Source of the DNA: Candidatus Poriferihabitaceae bacterium
GTDB taxonomy: Bacteria > Pseudomonadota > Gammaproteobacteria > Arenicellales > Poriferihabitantaceae
Direction of reading: 5' to 3'
Length of the DNA: 64,000 nucleotides
NCBI GenBank assembly: GCA_965214625.1
Contig: OZ243962.1
Location: forward strand, 91,326 to 155,325
The notes beneath the pieces were generated by a model, which saw only the letters and a program-made list of their open reading frames with translations, had not been told where the DNA came from and did no database searches. A program made the position numbers and the translations under genes. Shown here piece by piece: positions 53,721 to 64,000 of the stretch. The stretch's first letter is position 1; each line of letters begins with the position of its first letter.

Positions 53721-54275
53721 TCAGGCCCTGACAAGTGCACCGGTAAGTCCATCACGAATGACCGATGGAGCGCTCGCCTTGCCCACTCGACCATCCACGA
53801 TATAATCCAGTTCACCGGCAAACTCCGTTGCCACGGAAGTGGCCGTTCGCAGCATCACTTTCCCTGACCGGTTTGCGCTGGTGGAAACCAGCGCCATCCC
53901 GGCCAGACGACAAAGCATCGAAGCCTGCCGATGGGCGGTGACTCTCACGGCGATGGAACTGTGATGTCCTCGAACCAGGCGACTGACACTATGACGTGCG
54001 GGCAACAGCCAGGTAAATGGACCGGGCCAGGAATCGAGCATTTCCTCTCGGTATTTTTCCGGCAGAGAATCCACATGGCGATGGAGCACAGACAATCGGT
54101 GAGCAATCAAAATCAAACCTTTGTATTGTCTCCGGTACTTCAGGCGCAATAGTTTGCGAACAGCCTGTGGCCGGGACGGATCACAACCAAGTCCATAACA
54201 ATATTCTGTGGGATAGGCAACAACACCGCCTGACCGAATCACGGTTGCGGCCTGTCGTAAGGATTCCAGATTCAA
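53721..54275 (-). CDS. tsaC: L-threonylcarbamoyladenylate synthase TsaC
   Basis: AYPTEYCYGLGCD, WPGP, STSANRSG. Confidence 0.92.
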   Translation of the reverse strand: MNLESLRQAATVIRSGGVVAYPTEYCYGLGCDPSRPQAVRKLLRLKYRRQYKGLILIAHRLSVLHRHVDSLPEKYREEMLDSWPGPFTWLLPARHSVSRLVRGHHSSIAVRVTAHRQASMLCRLAGMALVSTSANRSGKVMLRTATSVATEFAGELDYIVDGRVGKASAPSVIRDGLTGALVRA

Positions 54276-54531
54276 TGTTTACCTGTCACCTGATGAGCCC
54301 ATATCGTACGATTCTATCCGTCCACGTCGGGCAAGCACCATTGTTTACTGGCAAGGCAGACCTGGCCGTCAAACACGAAAACCGTCTCATGACGAAGGCG
54401 GTTGCAGTCGAATGATCGACGAAAGCCAGGCGATCCGTCATGCTCATCCATGTCAGGGCTGCATCAATCGGGACAACCACCCGGTCTCCCATACCAGGTG
54501 CACCACAGGACCCTCGGTTCCGGCGCACTAT

Positions 54532-55824
54532 TCATTGTTCGCACAAGGCCCGATAGCCGATATCGGAGCGCGACCAACACCCCGGCCAGTACACGGTGCG
54601 AGCAAGCTCGTAAGCCCTCAATTGGGCCTGCCTGATATCGTCTCCAAGTGCAGTGGCACACAGGACTCTTCCCCCCAATGTGGTAATCTGACCCTTGTTC
54701 AGAGCCGTCCCCGCATGAAACAACTTGCGATCACAATCAGTCCGGTTGTGTTTTTCGGATGTGATGCCAGAAATGACTTTTCCTTTTTCATAGGCACCGG
54801 GGTAACCTTTGGCAGCGAGCACAACACCCAACGCGGTCCGTTCATCCCAAATGGCGGTTTGGCCGGCCAGTTGTCCATCCAGTGCCGCGAGGCAGTGCTC
54901 AAGCAAATCTGATTTCAGCCTCATCATGATCGGCTGGGTTTCAGGGTCACCCAGCCGACAATTGAATTCAAGTACCTTTGGGTATCCATCGACACCAATC
55001 ATCAGTCCGGCATACAGAAATCCCGTATAGGGATTCCCTTCCGCTTTCATCCCCTGAACAGTGGGCAAAATGATCTGGTCAATGACTCGGTCGGACAGCT
55101 GTCGATCAACAAACATGGCCGGCGAATACGCGCCCATGCCGCCCGTGTTCGGTCCACGATCCGCATCGTAAGCGGCCTTGTGATCCTGACTGGTCGCCAA
55201 CGGCAAGATGTGCTCCCCGTCCACCATGCAGATAAAGCTGACTTCGTTTCCCAGCACAAACTCCTCAATCACAATACGCTGTCCGGCCTGACCGAAGCGA
55301 TTTTTGGACAACATGTCTTCCACCGTACGGATCGCTTGCCGATCAGTATGGGCAATCACTACGCCTTTTCCGGCAGCCAGTCCATCTGCCTTGATCACAA
55401 CCGGCAATTGGCACTGGGTCACATGCTCCAGCGCCGGAGTCAAATCCGTGAAACTGGCATACGCCGCGGTCGGAATCGCATGACGTTGCAGAAAATCCTT
55501 GGCAAACTGTTTTGAGCCTTCGAGTCGGGCGGCGGCGGCATTCGGGCCGAAACATGCCAGTCCCTTTGATTGCAATGCATCCACAATCCCCAGGACCAGT
55601 GGTGCTTCCGGTCCAACAATCGTGAGATCAATCCTTTCCTTGTCGACAAAATCGACCAGCCGCGCAATATTGTCCGCGGCGATGGGTACATTCTTAACAC
55701 CATCCTCCAATGCCGTTCCGGCATTTCCCGGTGCGACTCTGACCATTTTGACTCGAGGTGACTGTCGTATTTTCCAGGCCAATGCATGCTCCCTCCCCCC
55801 GGAACCGACGATCAATACATTCAT
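54532..55824 (-). CDS. purD: Phosphoribosylamine-glycine ligase
   Basis: GSGGREHAL, KADGLAAGKGV, GPNTGGMG, EFNCRLGDPE. Confidence 0.97.
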   Translation of the reverse strand: MNVLIVGSGGREHALAWKIRQSPRVKMVRVAPGNAGTALEDGVKNVPIAADNIARLVDFVDKERIDLTIVGPEAPLVLGIVDALQSKGLACFGPNAAAARLEGSKQFAKDFLQRHAIPTAAYASFTDLTPALEHVTQCQLPVVIKADGLAAGKGVVIAHTDRQAIRTVEDMLSKNRFGQAGQRIVIEEFVLGNEVSFICMVDGEHILPLATSQDHKAAYDADRGPNTGGMGAYSPAMFVDRQLSDRVIDQIILPTVQGMKAEGNPYTGFLYAGLMIGVDGYPKVLEFNCRLGDPETQPIMMRLKSDLLEHCLAALDGQLAGQTAIWDERTALGVVLAAKGYPGAYEKGKVISGITSEKHNRTDCDRKLFHAGTALNKGQITTLGGRVLCATALGDDIRQAQLRAYELARTVYWPGCWSRSDIGYRALCEQ

Positions 55825-57029
55825 GATGGCACCAACTCCAATGGTGGCCGGAGGCTGACGATCTGCAGAATATCATCATCGGTGGAGAAAGTACGGTCGG
55901 GACCGGCTGAAACAAACACGTAGCGCTCCAGTTCAGCGCGCACCTGAATAACCGTTCCCCAGCTGTCTTCCAATTGACTGTTCTCAATTCGACTGATGTA
56001 CTGTTTGATGGCCTGCTCATTTTCCACTTGGTCATCAAGTACCGTGAACAGTTTCATGGTCGTTGCCAAAAAAGACAATGAAAAGGCGGTTTTCGCCAAG
56101 TCCGAGTCAGCCGCTCCAACATCTGTGAGTATCGACCCGTCACCTCTCATTTGTGAGCCGGAACCCGGCAAAACATCACTCACCTGATGACCGTGTTTCT
56201 CCCACAGTCTTTCCGCCATGTAATGGCTGCCATAATAAAATAACAAACAGGTGAGGATTCCCCCGAACCATACAGCACCCCGACTGACCCCGCCACGTCC
56301 GGCGCTGCTGTCTCCACGGTTAATCGAGAGCGACTGAATACGGTTTCTGACATGTCTGAAATAGATATAATTTGCCATTATTGGCCAGACGCTCAACCAC
56401 AGTAACGACAGCCATGTCGAAGGCGTTGAGACCATCAGTGCCAGTCCCCCAATAAAATTGATTGCAGCCCACATCCACAGTTTGCGATAAAGGGCCCAAA
56501 AATAGAAAAAGAAAAACGCAGGCCAGTGCCAGGAAAAGGCATATCTTGGCTGATGCGGAGAACCGAATCGGGCAAATTGTCCCAAATAGTACTCCGTATT
56601 CACTTCCACAAACCGTGCCACCTGATCCTGAAAACCATTTTTGGAAGAAGCCCGGCTGTCTTTCTCTGTAAAAGAAGCACCGGCCGTTTCTTCATGTGTC
56701 TGCTCGGTTGAGTTTGCCTTCTCATTGCGTGATGCCAGCCCGGCATCGATATCAGGATCAGGCGGGTCCGGAGAAACATCCACAACCTCAGCTTCCGATA
56801 CGGTCCGCATATCACATTGTGCCCCGGTGTTGCGAATGGCATCACAAATGTCAACCGCTTCTTGCTGACTGTATACCTTGGTCAAAACCGTCTCCCTGCC
56901 CTGCAAGATTTTTTCTATCTGTTGCTCAGTCGAATGAAACAGGGTCGCAAGGGCTTTCACCACTTCCAGACGATCAAATCCATTGATCACATGACCACTT
57001 AAGGCTACACGATAGCTAGACATCTCCAT
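55821..57029 (-). CDS. DUF2628-type membrane protein with GspG-like C-terminal motif
   Basis: SWHWPAFFF..FWALYRKLW (DUF2628-like); C-terminal DSWG…VSAGPDRTFSTDDDI; ATGA overlap with purD; start uncertain. Confidence 0.7.
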   Translation of the reverse strand: MEMSSYRVALSGHVINGFDRLEVVKALATLFHSTEQQIEKILQGRETVLTKVYSQQEAVDICDAIRNTGAQCDMRTVSEAEVVDVSPDPPDPDIDAGLASRNEKANSTEQTHEETAGASFTEKDSRASSKNGFQDQVARFVEVNTEYYLGQFARFGSPHQPRYAFSWHWPAFFFFYFWALYRKLWMWAAINFIGGLALMVSTPSTWLSLLWLSVWPIMANYIYFRHVRNRIQSLSINRGDSSAGRGGVSRGAVWFGGILTCLLFYYGSHYMAERLWEKHGHQVSDVLPGSGSQMRGDGSILTDVGAADSDLAKTAFSLSFLATTMKLFTVLDDQVENEQAIKQYISRIENSQLEDSWGTVIQVRAELERYVFVSAGPDRTFSTDDDILQIVSLRPPLELVPS

Positions 57030-57284
57030 CTTATCAATCAAAATAGTTGGACATCCATCGTTAGATGTCTCATCCAAGTATTCTTGCCGAATTGAAATGG
57101 GTTGACAATCTGTTTTGCGCTGTTTTTTGTGTCTGTCTTCGATTGATGACCGGGTCGCATGCCAAACCGTTTCAAGTTGTCATCTCGATCTTTTGGGGGA
57201 ATGATCGGCTCAGGAACGACAGCGCCATTGGATACCGACGACATAGTAATGACCATAACATCCATCCGCCCAATCACTGAAAAA

Positions 57285-58844
57285 CTAATGTCTGAAGTGT
57301 CGCATGCCGGTCAATACCATCGCAATACCATGCTCATTGGCCGAGTTAATCACCTCTGGGTCATTGATTGAACCTCCGGGCTGGATAACGGCTCGGATAC
57401 CGAATTGCGCCGCATAGTCGAGTCCATCGCGAAACGGGAAAAAAGCATCCGATGCCATGACGGCCCCTTGAATACTGAAGCCGGACTGCGCAGCCTTGGT
57501 CGCCGCAATCCGAGTTGAATTCACACGACTCATCTGTCCGGCACCCACACCCACCGTCATCAGATCAGAGACATAGACGATCGCATTGGATTTGACATAC
57601 TTGGCCACCCGCCAGGCAAATTGCAGATCGGCCCATTCTGCAGGGGTCGGCTTTCTTTCTGTGACCACATCAAGCGAGTTTTCAAGTTCGGTATCGAACT
57701 CCTGGATCAACAGTCCGCCGTGAACCTTTTTGTAGTCAAATGCAGGATGCGGTGACCGTGCATCCCAGGCACCACTGCACAACAGACGAACATTGCCTTT
57801 CACCCGGAGAATCTCGATCGCCTGCTGACTTATTTGAGGTGCAATCACCACTTCCACAAATTGCTGATCAATAATACGCCTTGCGGTCTCTCCCTGTAGC
57901 GTCGTATTGAACGCAATAATGCCACCAAATGCCGATTCGGGATCCGTACGATAGGCCGCCTCATAGGCTTCCTTCTGGGTTTTTCTCTGCGCAACACCGC
58001 ACGGATTGGCATGTTTAACGATGACACAGGCCTCATCATCGAACTGTTTGACGCATTCAAGCGCCGCATCAGTGTCGGCAATATTGTTAAATGAAAGCGC
58101 CTTGCCCTGGAGCTGGGTTGCGTTTGCGACACCGAAACCGGTCTCTTTCTCGATATAAAATGCGGCCGACTGGTGTGGATTTTCACCGTATCGAAGACTG
58201 TGTTTCTTGCACACCTGTATCGACAGGGTACGCGGGAACAGCGCATCCGTTCCGACCGCTTTTTGTCCAAGATAATTCGCTATCGCACCATCATAAGCCG
58301 CCGTATATGCAAACACCTTGGCAGCCAGATCAAGCCGGAGTCCACCAGATAAGGTACCCTTATTGCTTTTCAGTTCCTCAAGCACCCGGGGATAATCATC
58401 AATATCGATGACTGCAATGACAGCCTGATGATTTTTGGCGGCGGAGCGCAACATGGCCGGGCCACCGATATCGATGTTTTCGATCGCATCGTCCAAAGAA
58501 CAGTCTGTCTGCTGAATGGCCATCTCAAATGGATAGAGATTAACCACCACCATATCGATAGGCGCAATGTCATTTTCTGCCATCACCCCATCGTCCTGCC
58601 CCCGTCGTCCAAGGATGCCACCGTGTATCTTGGGGTGCAGCGTCTTCAGTCGGCCTGACATCATCTCAGGAAACCCGGTATGCTCACTGACTTCCGTGAC
58701 ACGGACTCCGTTTTCTTTCAGCAGCGCAGCCGTTCCACCGGTTGACAGAATCTCAATCCCCAGCCGACCCAACTCGCGAGCAAATGGAATGATGTTGCGT
58801 TTATCTGAAACGCTGACAAGCGCTCTTTGAACCGGAAGCTGCAT
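57285..58844 (-). CDS. purH: Bifunctional AICAR transformylase/IMP cyclohydrolase
   Basis: [42 protein letters not shown]. Confidence 0.97.
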   Translation of the reverse strand: MQLPVQRALVSVSDKRNIIPFARELGRLGIEILSTGGTAALLKENGVRVTEVSEHTGFPEMMSGRLKTLHPKIHGGILGRRGQDDGVMAENDIAPIDMVVVNLYPFEMAIQQTDCSLDDAIENIDIGGPAMLRSAAKNHQAVIAVIDIDDYPRVLEELKSNKGTLSGGLRLDLAAKVFAYTAAYDGAIANYLGQKAVGTDALFPRTLSIQVCKKHSLRYGENPHQSAAFYIEKETGFGVANATQLQGKALSFNNIADTDAALECVKQFDDEACVIVKHANPCGVAQRKTQKEAYEAAYRTDPESAFGGIIAFNTTLQGETARRIIDQQFVEVVIAPQISQQAIEILRVKGNVRLLCSGAWDARSPHPAFDYKKVHGGLLIQEFDTELENSLDVVTERKPTPAEWADLQFAWRVAKYVKSNAIVYVSDLMTVGVGAGQMSRVNSTRIAATKAAQSGFSIQGAVMASDAFFPFRDGLDYAAQFGIRAVIQPGGSINDPEVINSANEHGIAMVLTGMRHFRH

Positions 58845-58955
58845 ACAATAATGGATGAAAACAGGATATAGCGTCGAGACAAATCACTTTATCAACAGGA
58901 AAATCACGACAGGAGAACCGAAAGTGTGGTCAGGCCACTCGCTCGGTCTTTTGTA

Positions 58956-59210
58956 TCACAAATGATAGGTTTCAAGTTTTTTGCGCAATGTATTGCGATT
59001 GATACCGAGAATTTTCGACGCCTTGCTTTGATTGTTGTCGGCATATTCCATGACGGATTCCAACAACGGCTTTTCCATTTCGGCCAGGACCATTTGATAG
59101 ACTCCGCAAGGCTGTTCTCCGTTCAGATTCTCAAAATAAACATCCATTAACACCCTGACATGATCAGACAACCTCGTGGTATCGGTTATGTGCTCATTAA
59201 ATGCGGTCAT
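58956..59210 (-). CDS. fis: Nucleoid protein Fis
   Basis: YQMVLAEMEKPLL…NNQSKASKILGINRNTLRKKL; upstream of purH. Confidence 0.9.
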   Translation of the reverse strand: MTAFNEHITDTTRLSDHVRVLMDVYFENLNGEQPCGVYQMVLAEMEKPLLESVMEYADNNQSKASKILGINRNTLRKKLETYHL

Positions 59211-59587
59211 ACTGCTACGGTATCTACTCAAAACAGGGGCTGAAACATGCATGCTATCTTCAGATGATCCTTCGAACGACGCTAACCAAGCGACTTTCAG
59301 ACTAAAACGCAACACTGAAAATTCCGTTACTTCATTGTATATGTTTTGAGGTAATCCGGACAACCCAAATCGATCATCGATTGATAAATTTAATGTGTAT
59401 TAGTCGGATGTGAATGCGAAATGGGACCAATCGGTCAAAACGGTACTGGACAGGGACATCCAAAAACGTCAACGTCATAGACAGGCGATACCCTGCCCGG
59501 TCGATGCTCAACGATGATGATGAACGACAGCCATCGCAAGCCAGTCGCCGGTCGCCAGTATAACCGGTGGAGGCCCCGGACCAGGTC

Positions 59588-61243
59588 TTAGCGTTGATGA
59601 TGTTCCCAGTTCGGGGCCAACCCGATATCGGTTTCAACAGGACAAAGCATCCCTTTGCCCTTGATGATATCCGCAGCACGTTCGGCAGTCATGATGGTCG
59701 GTGCATTCAAATTGCCATTGGTGATCACCGGGAAGATCGAAGAGTCGACAATCCGCAGACGGTCAATGCCGATAACACGGGTTTGCGGGTCAACCACCGA
59801 CAGGGCATCGGTTCCCATCTTGCAGGTACAGGAGGGATGATAGGCACTCTCTACGGCCTGTCTGATATAAGCATCGATTTCATCATTACTGCGGATGGTC
59901 TCTCCGGGTTGGATTTCTGATCCGCGATAGGGATCCATCGCTCTTTGAGACATGATGTCACGGGTCAAGTGAACACATTGCCGGAATTTTTCCCGGTCAT
60001 GCGGATGTTCCAGATAGTTGAACACGATAGCGGGCTTGTCGGCCGCTTCGGCAGAACGGACCCGGACATGCCCCCGGCTTTTCGCTTTGTTGTGCCCTAC
60101 ATGGACCTGGAAACCATGGCCGTCAAAAGCCGCCTTACCATCATATCGCATTGCCGCAGGCAGAAAATGGTATTGAATGTCCGGTGCCTTGAGACCGGCT
60201 TCGGATCGTATAAACGCACAGGATTCGAAATGGTTGGTGGCACCCAGTCCGTTTTTGAATGCCATCCAGCGAACGCCGATCAACAATTTGTTCCACCAAT
60301 CGATCTTCCCGTTCAAGGTTATTTTCTGCTTGCATCGGAATTGAAAGTAGATTTCTAGATGGTCCTGGAGATTTTTCCCGACCCCGGGCAAGTCGTGAAC
60401 CACTTCAATCCCGGCTTCTTGAAGCACTGTGCCCGGCCCAATCCCGGACAATTGCATGATATGGGGTGAACCGATCGAACCGGCGCTCAGAATCACTTCC
60501 CGGCTTGCCTTGACCTGTTGTTGATGCTCTCCGAGACGATAGGCAAGGCCGACCGCCACACGCTGCTCAACCAGGATCCGGGTAATCAGCGCGCCGGTAA
60601 TCACTTTCAGGTTGGGCCGTTGCATGGCTGGCTTAAGATACGCATTAGCCGCAGACCAGCGTACGCCATTGCGAACCGTCATGTGCATCGGCCCAAATCC
60701 TTCCTGTTGGCGCGCATTGTAATCTTCCGTTTGCATATAACCGGCCTGAACACCTGCATCGATAAACGCACGATAGAGCGGATTGGCCATTTCATTTCCA
60801 TTGTTCACACTCAAAGGGCCGCCCTGTGCACGATAGTCGTCACTGCCATACTTCCAGTCATCGGCCTTCCGAAAATAGGGCAGACAGTGCCGATAGCCCC
60901 AGTCGGTTGCACCACTGTCTTCCCATTCCTCAAAATCCATCGCATGTCCCCGGACATAGACCATGCCGTTGATGGAAGAAGAACCGCCCAGCACTTTTCC
61001 TCTTGGACAATGCATGATCCGATTGTCCAAAAAGGGTTCGGGCTCGGTATGAAACTGCCAAGCATATTTTTCGGTATTCATCGGTATTGATAACGCCGTC
61101 GGCATCTGGATGAAGATACTCTTGTCGTTTCCTCCGTATTCCAGCAGTAACACATTCACTGACGGGTCTTCGGTAAGCCGATTCGCCAGTACACAACCTG
61201 CCGAACCGGCACCGACGATGACATAATCAAATTGTTCAGCCAC
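59588..61243 (-). CDS. betA: Choline dehydrogenase
   Basis: [57 protein letters not shown]. Confidence 0.9.
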   Translation of the reverse strand: MAEQFDYVIVGAGSAGCVLANRLTEDPSVNVLLLEYGGNDKSIFIQMPTALSIPMNTEKYAWQFHTEPEPFLDNRIMHCPRGKVLGGSSSINGMVYVRGHAMDFEEWEDSGATDWGYRHCLPYFRKADDWKYGSDDYRAQGGPLSVNNGNEMANPLYRAFIDAGVQAGYMQTEDYNARQQEGFGPMHMTVRNGVRWSAANAYLKPAMQRPNLKVITGALITRILVEQRVAVGLAYRLGEHQQQVKASREVILSAGSIGSPHIMQLSGIGPGTVLQEAGIEVVHDLPGVGKNLQDHLEIYFQFRCKQKITLNGKIDWWNKLLIGVRWMAFKNGLGATNHFESCAFIRSEAGLKAPDIQYHFLPAAMRYDGKAAFDGHGFQVHVGHNKAKSRGHVRVRSAEAADKPAIVFNYLEHPHDREKFRQCVHLTRDIMSQRAMDPYRGSEIQPGETIRSNDEIDAYIRQAVESAYHPSCTCKMGTDALSVVDPQTRVIGIDRLRIVDSSIFPVITNGNLNAPTIMTAERAADIIKGKGMLCPVETDIGLAPNWEHHQR

Positions 61244-61303
61244 CCTATCCTCCCCTGTTCTGTGTAATTATTGACATCGCATCGAGTCTACTGTTCCACT
61301 CCG

Positions 61304-62065
61304 TCAGTCCAGCCGCAGCGATAGACAGGTCAGCCCGCCATCCATTTTCGCAATCTCGGACACAGCAAGCCCGAGTACCCGACTGCCTTGCTCGGCCAGT
61401 AAAGCACGGGTCTGACCATAGCCGGCAGGCATCAGCAGCGTTCCGTTCACCCAGACCACATTCGCCGCATACTGTTCAGCGGGCGGGACCACCACATGCT
61501 GATATTTCGCCAGGCACTCGATCCCCAAACAGGCTTGGGTCATGATCAATGTCTTCTGATCAATAAAATTGACACTCGATTTGAGATGCAATGCATCAGG
61601 CACTTCGACAATATCGATATCGTAACCATATCTCGAGAGGATATGGCCCAATTGCCTGGCACCGTGATAATTGGTCCGTTCCGATAGGCCGATGATGCAG
61701 TGCCGATCGACAATCAACACATCCCCGCCATCCAAAGTACCCGGAGAATGAATGTGTTCGCACTGTCGATATCGCCGAAGAATGGAAGCCATCGACTCCG
61801 TCTCTGCCCGTCTACTGGCCGTGCCAGGCCTTGTGATGATTGCAGTTTGTGACACGACAACAGCCACATCTTCAACAAAATAGGCATCAGGGCAGGCGGG
61901 ATGGGGATCTAGTTCAATCACAGCCAGACCCAGCGCTTTCAGCACCTCGACATAACGGTTGTACTGCTTCAATAACAAAGCAGGATCCGGACATCCCAAA
62001 TCCACACTTGTCAAGCCTTCAGCACAGTTTAGCCCCGGTTTTCTGACGATCGCGGTTGTATACAT
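61304..62065 (-). CDS. Dimethylarginine dimethylaminohydrolase (DDAH) family protein
   Basis: PDAYFVED, LDGGDV, LHLKS, DGGLTCLS catalytic Cys. Confidence 0.88.
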   Translation of the reverse strand: MYTTAIVRKPGLNCAEGLTSVDLGCPDPALLLKQYNRYVEVLKALGLAVIELDPHPACPDAYFVEDVAVVVSQTAIITRPGTASRRAETESMASILRRYRQCEHIHSPGTLDGGDVLIVDRHCIIGLSERTNYHGARQLGHILSRYGYDIDIVEVPDALHLKSSVNFIDQKTLIMTQACLGIECLAKYQHVVVPPAEQYAANVVWVNGTLLMPAGYGQTRALLAEQGSRVLGLAVSEIAKMDGGLTCLSLRLD

Positions 62066-62245
62066 AAACCAATCTCTACAGCCAATGGGAACGTGTTCTT
62101 CTTCAGATCAATTTCTGATTCAAGTTATTTTATTATGGCTATCTTCTTTGATGCCCCGAAATTACTTGCACCGATTATCTGTTGATCCGGTCTATTTAAC
62201 ATGGCCAACAATTCTACGTTTATCTTACGATTTAATTTTCCTGAG

Positions 62246-62761
62246 CTAATCATGACTATTGCACCAAGCGCAATCCAATTGAAGCTGTTTCTCCATGAAC
62301 ACGGATAACGAATCATTCCCGGGATAGTTGCCAAAGGCAGCGCGCCGGCAATACCCCAAGGCCTGATAAAGACTGATCGCCTCGGGTTGATAGATGCCGG
62401 TTTCCAGTCGAACCACCCTGATACCGGATTGCCAGGCATGCTGTTCGAGTGCCGCTACAATACGTTTGGAAATACCTTGACCTCTCGATTCCGGCTTGAC
62501 GAAAAGTCGTTTCATTTCCCCGTATCGTATCTCTCCGGCAATATACTTGATGGCTCCGCAACCGAGCAGGCGGTGTTGCGACTTGGCGACGACAAAATAG
62601 CCATCGGACTGCAAGAGTGTCTCGGGTGCATCCAGATGATTGGATTCCTCGGGATAAAGCTGCCGCTGATAATGATCCAGTGCCTGGATCAGTTCGACCA
62701 CCTCCCGATCACACGGATTGGCCGGAACAATCTGGCAGTTGTCCATCTGAACCGTTGTCAT
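62246..62761 (-). CDS. GNAT N-acetyltransferase
   Basis: LYPEESNH, GEMKRLFV..RGQG, LETGIYQPEA. Confidence 0.85.
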   Translation of the reverse strand: MTTVQMDNCQIVPANPCDREVVELIQALDHYQRQLYPEESNHLDAPETLLQSDGYFVVAKSQHRLLGCGAIKYIAGEIRYGEMKRLFVKPESRGQGISKRIVAALEQHAWQSGIRVVRLETGIYQPEAISLYQALGYCRRAAFGNYPGNDSLSVFMEKQLQLDCAWCNSHD

Positions 62762-62846
62762 GGATCTATTGCAAAGGCACGGCAGAGGCACCCCAGCCCG
62801 ATTGATCTATCGTTGGCCACCCTACCCCATTGAACGGTATTCGGCG

Positions 62847-63632
62847 TCAATATCCTTTCCACACCGGATCACGTTTTTCGCTAAAGGCCCTTGCGCCCTC
62901 AAGCATATCCTCGCTGTTGTACAGGGTTTTGACGGTCGGAAGCTGTTGTGCGTTCAAAATATCAAAGGCATCCTGTACCGAAGCGGTCTCCAGCGAACGT
63001 ACCGCCTCCTTGATGGCGGCAAAGACCAATGGCGGGCCCGAGGCCAGTAATCGGGCCCGTTCCCTGGCGCGACCCATCAGTCGTTCAGCGGTGGTCACCT
63101 CATTGACCAAGCCCCAACGGTGCGCCTCTTCGGCATCCATCCAGCGACCTGTCAACAACAGTTCCATGGCAATGTGATAGGGCATGCGGCGGGGCAGCTT
63201 GATAGTCGCGGCATCAGCCAATGTACCTGCATTGATCTCCGGTAGGGCAAAGCTGGCGGTCTGTGACGAAAGGACGATGTCAGCCGACAGTGCCAGTTCG
63301 AATCCGCCACCACAGGCAATACCATTGACGGCCGCGATGATCGGTTTGTTGAGATGCGGCAATTCCTGGATACCACCAAATCCACCGACACCAAAATCGG
63401 TCGTGATACCCTCGCCCTGTGCAGCCGCCTTCAGGTCCCAACCGGCACAGAAAAACTTTTCCCCACCACCGGTAATGATCGCAACGCGCAATTCAGGGTC
63501 ATCCCGGAATGCTTCAAATACCTGTCCCATTTGACGACTGGTTGCACCATCAATGGCATTGGCCTTCGGTCGATCCAGCGTGACTTCAAGGATGCCCCCG
63601 TCGATTCGTGTTTTTACTGTATGTTCTGTCAT
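62847..63632 (-). CDS. caiD: Carnitinyl-CoA dehydratase (crotonase family)
   Basis: LDRPKANAID, FFCAGWDLKAAA, GGGFELAL, ALPE, KLPRRMP. Confidence 0.8.
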   Translation of the reverse strand: MTEHTVKTRIDGGILEVTLDRPKANAIDGATSRQMGQVFEAFRDDPELRVAIITGGGEKFFCAGWDLKAAAQGEGITTDFGVGGFGGIQELPHLNKPIIAAVNGIACGGGFELALSADIVLSSQTASFALPEINAGTLADAATIKLPRRMPYHIAMELLLTGRWMDAEEAHRWGLVNEVTTAERLMGRARERARLLASGPPLVFAAIKEAVRSLETASVQDAFDILNAQQLPTVKTLYNSEDMLEGARAFSEKRDPVWKGY

Positions 63633-63662
63633 CTTTAAATTACCCACGATTACACCCGATGA

Positions 63663-64000
63663 TTATTCTCGAACGCGGATCAACGCATCCGCGACGATTG
63701 CACCCCGGCCTTTTGCCCGCACCAGCAGTGGATTGATTTCCAATTCCACGATGGAATCCTGCTCACGCACGGTCAATTGGCCTACCTGAACGACCGCATC
63801 AATCACTGACTCCACATCCGCATAGGCCCTTCCCCGATAGCCGGTCAACAACGGGTAGATGCGCAATTTTTGCAATGCCGCTCTGATCTGATCAGCCTCC
63901 ACAGGCAAAAACAGCAATTGCCGATCGCGGATCAATTCAACCAATGTGCCGCCCGTCCCAACGACAAGATAATGGCCAAACTGAGGATCATACAATACTC
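63663..64000 (-). CDS. Acyl-CoA synthetase (NDP-forming, ATP-grasp) C-terminal fragment
   Basis: DPQFG…GGTLVEL..D, LLTGYRGR, ELEINPL, ADAL; truncated by window edge. Confidence 0.85.
   Translation of the reverse strand, partial: VLYDPQFGHYLVVGTGGTLVELIRDRQLLFLPVEADQIRAALQKLRIYPLLTGYRGRAYADVESVIDAVVQVGQLTVREQDSIVELEINPLLVRAKGRGAIVADALIRVRE

Noticed and set aside
63031-63040. Match to the tRNA 3' end (CGGGCCCGCC, minus strand) as an island att site
   Set aside because: Inverted orientation, inside caiD coding sequence, only 10 bp

Overview
Chromosomal window from a proteobacterium, most likely Gammaproteobacteria, of roughly 50% GC. It spans the replication terminus: a XerCD dif site lies at 7138-7165 and KOPS octamers converge on it. 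Most of the window is core genes: phoR'-pstSCAB-phoU with Pho boxes; lptD-surA-ubiK; murU; mreBCD-mrdAB-mltB-rlpA-dacA-ybeD-lipB; gatCAB; trmJ/suhB; mutS, fdxA, pepN; fis-purH-purD-tsaC-hemF-waaA. Methylated-amine/guanidino catabolic genes are mixed in: a sulfatase, a CntA-like Rieske oxygenase, a Liv-type ABC transporter, an atypical ureohydrolase, betA, DDAH and caiD. The standout is a ~3.06 kb degenerate element with no integrase, inserted in the 5' end of mutS. An orphan, frameshifted mutS start (…DHTPMMR) follows suhB, and the working mutS begins with a different AT-rich N-terminus ([17 protein letters not shown], containing an A9 tract). Between them are IS4 and AlpA debris, an intact hipBA module and att-arm-like repeats. 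Also notable are a tRNA-Arg with the rare UCG anticodon, matching heavy CGA codon use, and a ureohydrolase with a remodelled metal site. All calls are from reading the sequence by eye; no searches were run.
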